A stretch of 64,000 nt of DNA from Macrostomum hystrix (lineage: Eukaryota > Animalia > Platyhelminthes), in NCBI GenBank assembly GCA_950097015.1, contig CATNEN010000037.1:2046001-2110000 (forward strand). Reading direction: 5' to 3'. The translations under genes and the position numbers were made by a program. Of this stretch, positions 1 through 9,700 are shown in pieces. The notes beneath the pieces were generated by a model. That model searched no databases, had not been told where the DNA came from, and saw only the letters and a list, made by a program, of their open reading frames with translations. The stretch's first letter is position 1. Each line of letters opens with the position of its first letter.

Positions 1-621
1 ATCTACCGCATTGCTGTACGCAATTCCAGCAAGAGCTTATCTTATCTCGTATCAATGCTATATTTTGCTTGCTCAATGGGTATGTGAGTGTGCGTGTTTG
101 TGTGTGTTTAAAGCTAAACTAAACTATACAGACGTGTACAGTGTCGACTGTCCTCTGCTATATGTTTTAACTCTGCTTAATTTTCGAGCATTCATTCTCT
201 TCCGCGAATGTACACAAAGCCGCGGCAGGTTTGCCGACTTATTTATGCAGCTGAAGAGAGTTGAACACAGTAGACACAAGGAGAGAAAATTCACCAACGC
301 GTATTGGGGTGGGTTGAAAGGGCTGTGTTGTGTTCGGCCTGTCGGCTAGATTTGAAACGTAATTCTGCTGTTTCCGAGTCTTAGCTAGCTCTGTCTCAGC
401 CTCTGTCTCTCTCACTCACTCACTCCAACTCTCAGCCTTTGTGTGCGTGTGCTGACTGGCCCGCCTTAACTCTTGGGTGCGACCAGGCCGCCAGCAACTG
501 CGGGACTTCGCTTTTCTAATGCGTAGCTTAATATGGCTAATATGGCTAGTATGGCTAATATGGCTGCAGCAACAGGCTGTGTCTGAGTGCCCTCCGTCTG
601 TTAGCTGGCGGATGTCTGACT

Positions 622-920
622 GTCTATCTATCTATCTATCTATTCTATTATATTCTATTAGAATATATTCTATTCTATTCTATTCTGAGGTTGTAGCCTA
701 GTGTGAGGTTGTAGCCTAGTGGTTAGGGCGTCGGACTCACGACTTGAAGGTCGGGGTTCGATTCCCGACTCCACTGGAACAGTTTGTGTCCTTTAGCAAG
801 ACACTTAATTCTGTATTGCTTTAGTTCTCCCAGCATCAGCTGGGATAATTGAAGGTGGGTGTTCTATTCTATTCTATTCTATTCTATTCTATTCTATTCT
901 ATTCTATTCTATTCTATTCT
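622..920. repeat. (TCTA)n/(TTCTA)n microsatellites flanking the SINE (622-686, 863-920)
   Basis: Direct reading. Confidence 0.9.
705..861 (+). mobile_element. tRNA-derived SINE (family 1, CORE-like body), 3'-truncated
   Basis: A box TAGCCTAGTGG and B box GGTTCGATTCCC, followed by GTGTCCTTTAGCAAGACACTTAA (CORE-type motif); homologous copy on the minus strand at 33585-33788; flanked on both sides by (TTCTA)n. Confidence 0.75.
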
Positions 921-1277
921 GTTCAGACTATTACGTGCATCTAGCTGTGGTCTACTATACTAGGAGGAGTAGGAAGCCATAGTCGAGTCTAAACTATGGT
1001 ATTAGTCAGACGGCCCCACAGAAATTAATACTGGCATGGCCGCGCACATGTAAATGAAGCAGTGTACAATTATTGTGCGCTCGTGTGGTCCCCGCTCTAG
1101 TGACTCATTTGACTGTGTTCTCAGCCCTTGTTTGCTATCCGCGCGTGGGTCTAATTCATTTACTAGTAGGGCTCATATCTTATAATTTTACTGAATCTGC
1201 TTTAGATACGCTAGAATCCTAGATTGCAAGTGACTCGTAAAATCTTTGAAAAATAAAGATTGCGAAACTGCGTATTA

Positions 1278-2405
1278 TTTACTGCGAAATTAGCTCGTGT
1301 ATTGCATGAACTGGCTGTGAAAAATAAAAAAGTAGTTTTTTTTGTTATTAGACTGCACACCAGAGATTTCAGAACAGACGATGTCACTGCATGCATCCTA
1401 AAATGGCTGGCTCTCCTTAACATTAGATCAAATATACATAATTCTTAGAAGCCAAAGAATGACAATCTTTAGATTCCGAAATGGCAGTTCTTAGACGCCG
1501 AAATGGCAATCCTTATCTATTTATAGAAGCCGAAATGGCAATCCTTAGCTAGAAGCCGAAGTGGCAATCCTTAGCTAGAAGCCGAAATGGCAATCCTTAG
1601 CTAGAAGCCGAAGTGGCAATCCTTAGCTAGAAGCCAAGTGGCAATCCTTAGCTAGAAGCCAAGTGGCAATCCTTAGCTAGAAGCCAAGTGGCAATCCTTA
1701 GCTAGAAGCCAAGTGGCAATCCTTAGCTAGAAGCCAAGTGGCAATCCTTAGCTAGAAGCCAAGTGGCAATCCTTAGCTAGAAGCCGAAGTGGCAATCCTT
1801 AGCTAGAAGCCAAGTGGCAATCCTTAGCTAGAAGCCAAGTGGCAATCCTTAGCTAGAAGCCAAGTGGCAATCCTTAGCTAGAAGCCGAAGTGGCAATCCT
1901 TAGCTAGAAGCCAAGTGGCAATCCTTAGCTAGAGGCCGAAATGGCAATCCTTAGCTAGAAGCCAAGTGGCAATCCTTAGCTAGAAGCCAAATGCCAATCC
2001 TTAACTAGAAGCCAAATGGCAATCCTTAGCTAGAAGCCGAAGTGGCAATCCTTAGCTAGAAGCCGAAGTGGCAATCCTTAGCTAGAAGCCAAATGGCAAT
2101 CCTTAGCTAGAAGCCAAATGGCAATCCTTAGAATCTTATACTCGTAGAAGCGTTAGGTTTCGATGGTAAGAGCCAAAAAGCGCAAAATGAAACACATTGT
2201 ACCTTCATCTTTTAATGCGATAAAATATGTAAAGGAGAAAATGCGAACGGCAAATACACTTGTACATTCTGCCGCCCTGTGTCTTACTTCGAAGTATCTC
2301 ATGCCCTCTGTTGTGAAATCTGTGGTGTGCAGTCTAAGAATATGAAATTTATTTTCGAATTTCCGCAGCTAGTTCATGCTATACAGAAAATAATTTCGCA
2401 GTAAA
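1278..2405. mobile_element. Foldback/MITE-like element with about 100-bp imperfect terminal inverted repeats enclosing a minisatellite
   Basis: 1278-1378 (tttactgcgaaatta..tgtattgcatgaactggctg..ttagactgcacaccagagatttcagaacaga) matches the reverse complement of 2307-2405; no TSD identified. Confidence 0.6.
1471..2131. repeat. 22-23-bp minisatellite GAAGCC(G)AA(G/A)TGGCAATCCTTAGCTA
   Basis: Direct reading; about 28 units. Confidence 0.95.
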
Positions 2406-2621
2406 GTAGATTTGATATTGATATTGCTTTGCAAATATTGTTTATATCATGGCGTGTCAGTTCAAGCCAAATTTTAAACTGCTAACATTGTGTAGAAAAC
2501 TCGTAAATTGTTGCGAAAAATTCCGCTAACTATCATAGCTGACTCATTAGCAAGTCAACATGCTTGGTTTGGTCTAGAAAAACTAGTCATGATTTCTAAC
2601 CGTTGCTTAGCATACAGAAGA

Positions 2622-3434
2622 ACCAGTGGTACAGGGGATGGGTTAGCAGTGGCCTACAGAGCTGTAGGACCAGTGGTACAGGCATGGGTTAGCAGTGGCC
2701 TACAGAGCTGTAGGACCAGTGGTACAGGGATGGGTTAGCAGTGGCCTACAGAGCTGTAGGACCAGTGGTACAGGCATGGGTAAGCAGTGGCCTACAGAGC
2801 TGTAGGACCAATGGTACAGGCATGGGTTAGCAGTGGCCTACAGAGCTGTAGGACCAGTGGTACAGGGATGGGTTAGCAGTGGCCTACAGAGCTGTAGGAC
2901 CAGTGGTACAGGCATGGGTTAGCAGTGGCCTACAGAGCTGTAGGACCAGTGGTACAGGGATGGGTTAGCAGTGGCCTACAGAGCTGTAGGACCAGTGGTA
3001 CAGGCATGGGTAAGCAGTGGCCTACAGAGCTGTAGGACCAATGGTACAGGCATGGGTTAGCAGTGGCCTACAGAGCTGTAGGACCAGTGGTACAGGGATG
3101 GGTTAGCAGTGGCCTACAGAGCTGTAGGACCAGTGGTACAGGGATGGGTTAGCAGTGGCCTACAGAGCTGTAGGACCATTGGTACAGGGATGGGTTAGCA
3201 GTGGCCTACAGAGCTGTAGGACCATTGGTACAGGGATGGGTTAGCAGTGGCCTACAGAGCTGTAGGACCAATGGTACAGGGGATAGGTTAGCAGTGGCCT
3301 ACAGAGCTGTAGGACCATTGGTACAGGGATGGGTTAGCAGTGGCCTACAGAGCTGTAGGACCATTGGTACAGGGAATGGGTTAGCAGTGGCCTACAGAGC
3401 TGTAGGACCATTGGTACAGGGAATGGGTTAGCAG
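2622..3434. repeat. 46-bp minisatellite with internal palindrome CCTACAG-AG-CTGTAGG
   Basis: Period 46 (2715 to 2761); about 17.5 units. Confidence 0.95.
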
Positions 3435-3477
3435 CTATCCGCATGCAGACCTGATCCCTCAACTACTCAATATCCAG

Positions 3478-3710
3478 AGAACGAATGGAAGCTGGAGTTC
3501 ATGGTGAAGTTCTACCCGCCAGATCCCGAGAATCTGCGCGAAAACCTGACCAGGTACTACATGGCACTGCAGATTCGGCAGAACCTTATGGCCGAAACAC
3601 TGCCCTGCTCCTTCGTCACCTACATTATTCTGGGCAGCTATGTTCTTCAGTCTGAGGTTGGCGACTTTGATGTTCACGACGAAAAAATGAACACCTTGGC
3701 TTACCTGCAG
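3478..3710 (+). CDS. FERM domain exon (F1/F2 lobes)
   Basis: tatccag acceptor and cag|gtaaga donor; encodes WKLEFMVKFYPPDPENLRENLTRYYMALQIRQNL..LPCSF..LGSYVLQSEVGDFD, typical of band 4.1 proteins. Confidence 0.93.
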
Positions 3711-6700
3711 GTAAGACATTGTGGCCTTACCGTGTATATATTGCATTTTCAATATGCGAGTGATGTACAATTGGATGAATAAGGAAACATTGTACTCATA
3801 CACTCATGCAATTTAAATTTGGGGGCTCACTGTACATTTAATTTAGTATAGGTGGATAAAAAGGGTTCATTGTACATCCCCTGTAACATTCCAGCCATGC
3901 ATACTGTACATCGAATTAATTTACTTCCTGTGGTGCACATTGTATATTTAAAAAATGATCATTTTGGTGCACACTGTACATTCATGAAAAGTACATTCGG
4001 GTGCACACTGTACATTCAAGAAAAGTAAATTCTCGTGCGTACTGTACATTTATGAAAAGTACATTCTGGTGCACACTGTACATTCAAGAAATTTACATTC
4101 GGGTGCACAAGAAATTTACATTCCGATGCGCACTGTGCATCCATGAGAAGTACATTCTGGTGCACACTGTACATTCAAGAAATGTACATTCGGGTGCACA
4201 AGAAATTTACATTCCGATGCGCACTGTACATCCATGAGAGGTAAATTCTGGTGCACACTGTACATTCAAGAAACGTACATGTAAAAAAACTGCCTCCGCC
4301 AACTGAACTCCTTCAGGACTGCCCGTTCTGCCCGGAGGAATATCGCAACGTGCGCGAGCTGATGGAGCGAGTCAGCGAGCTGCACCGAACTCACGAAGGC
4401 ATGACACCGGAGGAGGCCGATCTGCACTTCCTGCAGAACGCCAAGAAGCTGGCTATGTATGGCGTGGACATGCACGAGGCCAAGGATAACTCCGGCGAGG
4501 AGGTCTTCGTTGGCGTCTACCACGGCGGTGCTCTGGTCTACCGGAACAGTCTGCGCATCAACCGCTTCTCCTGGCCAAAGATTTTAAAAGTGTCCTACAA
4601 GAGAAACGTTGTCAAGGTGTCGATTCGAACCGCTGAGAACGACCGCGATCTCAAATCCGAAATGCTGGTGGAATTCAAGTGCTCCACGCCCAAGCTGGCC
4701 AAGCGGCTGTGGCGGGCCGTGGTCGAGCATCACCAGTTCTTCCGGTGAGTGCGGCTTAACTCACTTTCGGATTCGATCGTCGTAAATAACGTAGCCATTT
4801 TAGCCAGTTAGTCTTCTACAAATAGTTTCACAGCCTATTTCCGAAAGTTCCTACTCGATTTAATCTAAACATCCTAGATAATACTTCGTAAGAGATGTTA
4901 AACTATTATTTAGCTATTTCGTACTCTACCATGATTTTACTGTTCATTGTAGCCTACTAACAGTAGGAGAGTAAATGAAAAAGCTTAATAACTTGCTGCC
5001 ATGCCACAGGCTAAAATCTTCCGAGAAGCCACAGAAGCCGCATATTCCGGGCACCTTCAAGGGCCGCTGGGGCACGGGAATGCAGAGCCAGCAGAATGAC
5101 CAGTCGGGCACCTACCCAGAGGTTCAGGTCACCTCGGACATGCGGAAGAGCTTCAAGAAGAAGAGTAAGCGCGGTTGTTTTTTTGACGCGATTGTTCTTT
5201 TATCTAATGTTGTATTATCATTCTATCATTATCGCTCATTATCACCAAGCTTCACCAATTAGAATCCACTAATCAACCATGCACTTCTCTTATTAAATAA
5301 TTTTCCCGAGCCCCGGTTATTCAAAAAACATGCTACACTTCATTTCCACTCACCCTTGATTATGTACCCGCCTCAATCCATTTCCTTCCCCCGAGCCCCG
5401 ACTCTTCAACCTCCTCACTCCATTTCCTTCCCCCGAGCCCCGACTCGTCAACCTCCTCACTCCACTTCCTTCCCCCTAGCCCGACTCTTCAACCTCCTCA
5501 CTCCACTTCCTTCCCCCGAGCCCCGACTCTTCAACCTCCTCACTCCACTTCCTTCCCCCGAGCCCCGACTCGTCAACCTCCTCACTCCACTTCCTTCCCC
5601 CGAGCCCCGACTCTTCAACCTCCTCACTCCACTTCCTTCCCCCGAGCCCCGACTCTTCAACCTCCTCACTCCATTTCCTTCCCCCGAGCCCCGACTCGTC
5701 AACCTCCTCACTCCACTTCCTTCCCCCGAGCCCCGACTCTTCAACCTCCTCACTCCACTTCCTTCCCCCTAGCCCGACTCTTCAACCTCCTCACTCCACT
5801 TCCTTCCCCCAGCCCCGACTCTTCAACCACCTCATTCCACTTCTTTCTCCCTCGTAACACAATGGATAAAATTCTACAAGGTAAAGAAAATTAAGAACCT
5901 TTTTATCAACTAAATTTAGTCCAACCTGTTGAATTAACTATGTACGCTACACTTTGTCTCTCCCATTAATTATTAGAAGGGCAAAAATTAATTATTAGAA
6001 AGACGCAGCGGCAAAATTTTGGGAAACCGGCCTTTAAAATTTGATTGGTTCAGTAAGGTTTAGTCGTTGCTAGTTTTGGTAAACCAGTTGGGTCACGTGA
6101 CTTGGCTTCTGAAATGGAATTCTAGTCACCTAGAAGTGGCATTCCGATTGGAAAAATATTGGAACAGTGATAGTCAATTAAAATCTTAAAGGCCGATTTC
6201 TAAAGAAATACCGTGTTGTGTCGTCAATTTTATTAGCTCATATTTTTAGCACTTTGCACCAATATTTTCGCACCAGCTAATTTTTTTAATCTAATCGGTT
6301 GCTCACTGCAGACGTGCCGACCAAGGCCAGAGTAGACGAAGGATTTGACGGTCTGTTGAGGCTACATTTATTCATAGGAATTCAATGGCCAATACTTGAC
6401 CACAGACTTAGTCTGAATTATTGCTAATGCTTTGATTTACAAGTTAGTGATAAAAACCCATAACGAACATCAATCACAGCTTTTTTGTATTAAAACCTGC
6501 CTGCTTCAATAAATATCGAATCAAACCTAAAAATATCGAAATAATAAAAGGGCAACTTTTGCTAAATTAATTTTTTGTGTGTGTTTTGCTTCCTAATTAG
6601 ACTAATAATGCGACTGAAGTACGCGTGTAAGTTCTCACTGCTCTTTTTTGGTTAGTGGCAAAAGCGGCATATTTAAAATTGCTTTCAGACGAATGAAATC

Positions 6701-9700
6701 GATTGCATTTTTTTGCGTTTAACAGCCGATCTACCATTATCGCAAACTCACCCCAAACCAGAGAGCCGATTGAATTTTGTTGGTTGACGTTTATTCTTGC
6801 CCAGAGTTGTTGTATGGGGAGAGCGGAGAGGGAAGCGCGGAGAGGGAAGAGCGGAGAGGAAAGAGCGGAGAGGGAAGAGCGGAGAGGGAAGAGCAGAGAG
6901 GGAATAGCAGAGAGGAAAGAACAGAGAGGAAAGAGTGGAGAGCGGAGCGGAGAGGGAAGAGCGGAGAGGGAAGAACCGAGAGGGAAGAACCGAGAGGGAA
7001 GAGCGGAGAGGGAAGAACCGAGAGGGAAGAACCGAGAGGGAAGAGCGGAGAGGGAAGAACCGAGAGGGAAGAGCAGAGAGGAAAGAGCGGAGAGCGGAGC
7101 GGAGAGGGAAGAGCGGAGAGAGAAGAGCCGAGAGGAAAGAACCGAGAGGGAAGAGCGGAGAGGGAAGAACCGAGAGGGAAGAACCGAGAGGGAAGAACCG
7201 AGAGGGAAGAGCGGAGAGGGAAGAACCGAGAGGGAAGAGCAGAGAGGAAAGAGCGGAGAGCGGAGCGGAGAGGGAAGAGCGGAGAGGGAAGAGCCGAGAG
7301 GAAAGAACCGAGAGGGAAGAGCGGAGAGGGAAGAACTGAGAGGGAAGAACCGAGAGGGAAGAACCGAGAGGGAAGAACCGAGAGGGAAGAGCCGAGAGGG
7401 AAGAGCAGAGAGGAAAGAGCGGAGAGCGGAGCGGAGAGGGAAGAGCGGAGAGGGAAGAATTGAGAGGAAAGAGCGGAGGGGGGAGAGCGGAGAGGAAAGA
7501 GCGGAGAGGGAAGAGCGGAGGGTGAAGAGCGGAGAGAGAAGAGCCGAGAGAAAAGAACCGAGAGGATAGAGCGGAGGGGGAAGAGCGGAGAGGGAAGAGC
7601 CGAGAGGAAAGAACCGAGAGGAAAGAGCGGAGGGGGAAGAGCGGAGAGGAAAGAGCGGAGAGGGAAGAGCCGAGAGAGAAGAACCGAGAGGGAAGAACCG
7701 AGAGGGAAGAGCGGAGAGGGAAGAGCCGAGAGGGAAGAGCGGAGAAGGGAAGAGCTGATAAAATCTGGGAATGGGGCGACATGGTAGGGGATTCAAAGAC
7801 GCTAATCTACGCTTATTAAATACATTGAATCCAACATAGTGATGAAGATTGCCAATCTGCTGTCATCGCAGTCATAAGTGACTTGTTTGATTTGCTCCAA
7901 AAAATCTTTGCCCCCTCAGACGATGCCTACAACCGCGACCAACGAGCCGATCAACATGGCGCCGGGACCTCCGGTTTGCCAGACGATATGTACGCGAGCT
8001 CCGGTAGGCAGGGCGCCGGTATGACGCAGCCGATGCCGGTTAGCCGGCACGAGCAGTACGACCGCAGGCCTGAGCTGGGGGTCGACAGGCCGGCGCGTTG
8101 GCGAATGAACCCGTCGGACGCCGATGCCTATCTCGCCGCCGGCATGGATCCGGCGCGATCGGCCGGCGCCTGCCCGGCCGGCGTGCACGACTGGCAAGGC
8201 TGTCGGTCCGACCGGGGCATCCGGGCTTCGGCCGGCGGCCAGTGGTACTACGAGACCACCGTGCAGGGCGAGGGGGCGCCCGACAAGCCGGTGGATGCCC
8301 GCATCGGTTGGGCCGACGGAAATGCAGATCTCAACCTGGGACGGGTAAGCGGGGCTTGGACCAGGGCCTGTTTGAAACTGACCAGGGCCTGTCTGAAACT
8401 GACCAGGGATTGTCTGAAACTGACCAGGGATTGTCTGAAACTGACCAGGGCCTGTCTGAAACTGACCAGGGATTGTCTGAAACTGACCAGGGCCTGTTTG
8501 AAACTGACCAGGGCCTGTCTGAAACTGACCAGGGCCTGTCTGAAACTGACCAGGGATTGTCTGAAACTGACCAGGGCCTGTCTGAAACTGACCAGGGATT
8601 GTCTGAAACTGACCAGGGCCTGTTTGAAACTGACCAGGGCCTGTCTGAAACTGACCAGGGATTGTCTGAAACTGACCAGGGCCTGTTTGAAACTGACCAG
8701 GGCCTGTCTGAAACTGACCAGGGATTGTCTGAAACTGACCAGGGATTGTCTGAAACTGACCAGGGCCTGTTTGAAACTGACCAGGGCCTGTCTGAAACTG
8801 ACCAGGGATTGTCTGAAACTGACCAGGGCCTGTCTGAAACTGACCAGGGCTTGTCTGAAACTGACCAGGGCCTGTCTGAAACTGATCGTGGGTTGAAGTC
8901 ACATCGGGGGCAAGTCACAGCGCCTTGAACACATTGCAGGACAACCATGGCTGCGGCTTCGGAACGGATCCGTCGGGTCGTCACGCCCAGAAGACCCTGG
9001 CTGGCATCTCCGATCAGTACGGCGTCGAGCTCGTTGCTGGCGACATTGTGGGCGCTTTCCTCGACCTTGACAATGGCACTGTTGCCTACGCCGTCAACGG
9101 ACGCGAGCTCGGACCAGCGCATCAGCTGCCGAGTGACTTCTTTACCCCGCCCGGAGGCGGCTCTGGCGAAAAAGGCAAGAAGTCGCGCAACGGCGCCAAT
9201 TCGAACTCCGGCGGCCCGCCGGCTGTCTACCCGGCTGCCTGCCTGCGCGACGGCGCCGGGGCCGAGTGGAATTTCGGCGACGATCCGTCCAGACCGCTCG
9301 CTTACCCGCCTGGCGGTCCTTGGCGGCCAGTTGGCCAGGCTCCGGCCGGCAAAACCGCGGAAAATCCGCGCAACTGGCTCCTAAATCCGCACGATACGAG
9401 CGGGCCTGGCCTGCAGCTGGGACCGGATCAGCTGTCCGCCCAGGGACAGCTGGGATTCGGCTGGCAGGGCGTCCGTTCCAATAAGGTTGGTTAAGTATCT
9501 TGTCAGCTTTCAAGATTTTCATACCACAAGAAAGAACTTATTCAGCCATCTAATTGCACATCGTTACTGCCTAGGTGAGGTTTTATCCACCTCACTCCAA
9601 TTCCTTCCCCTACCCCAGTTTCTGCACCCACCTCACTCCAATTCCTTCCCCTACCCCAGTTTCTGCAACCACCTCACTCCAATTCCTTCCCCTACCCTAG

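Noticed and set aside
705-773. Functional tRNA gene (apparent CAC anticodon)
   Set aside because: The acceptor, anticodon and T stems are imperfect, and it continues into a CORE-like body shared with 33585-33788, so it is a SINE head.
11-2620. N-terminal FERM F1 exons
   Set aside because: No segment convincingly encodes the LLD..C..L.L.EKDYFGL..WLD motifs; the start of the gene is assumed to lie upstream of the window.
2622-3434. CRISPR-like appearance of palindromic 46-bp (and 60-bp) repeats
   Set aside because: There are no unique spacers, no cas genes, and the context is a eukaryotic intron.
6312-6350. Possible extra 39-nt symmetric exon (VPTKARVDEGFD) in the FERM gene
   Set aside because: Good acceptor but weak donor (GTCTGT), and it is not needed for frame; left unannotated pending RNA evidence.
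7883-8928. Long repetitive ORFs (CLKLTR.., GQFQTGP.., ETDQGLS..)
   Set aside because: They are read-through of the 21-bp intronic array; the real exon ends at the GTAAGC donor (8345) and resumes in phase at 8940.
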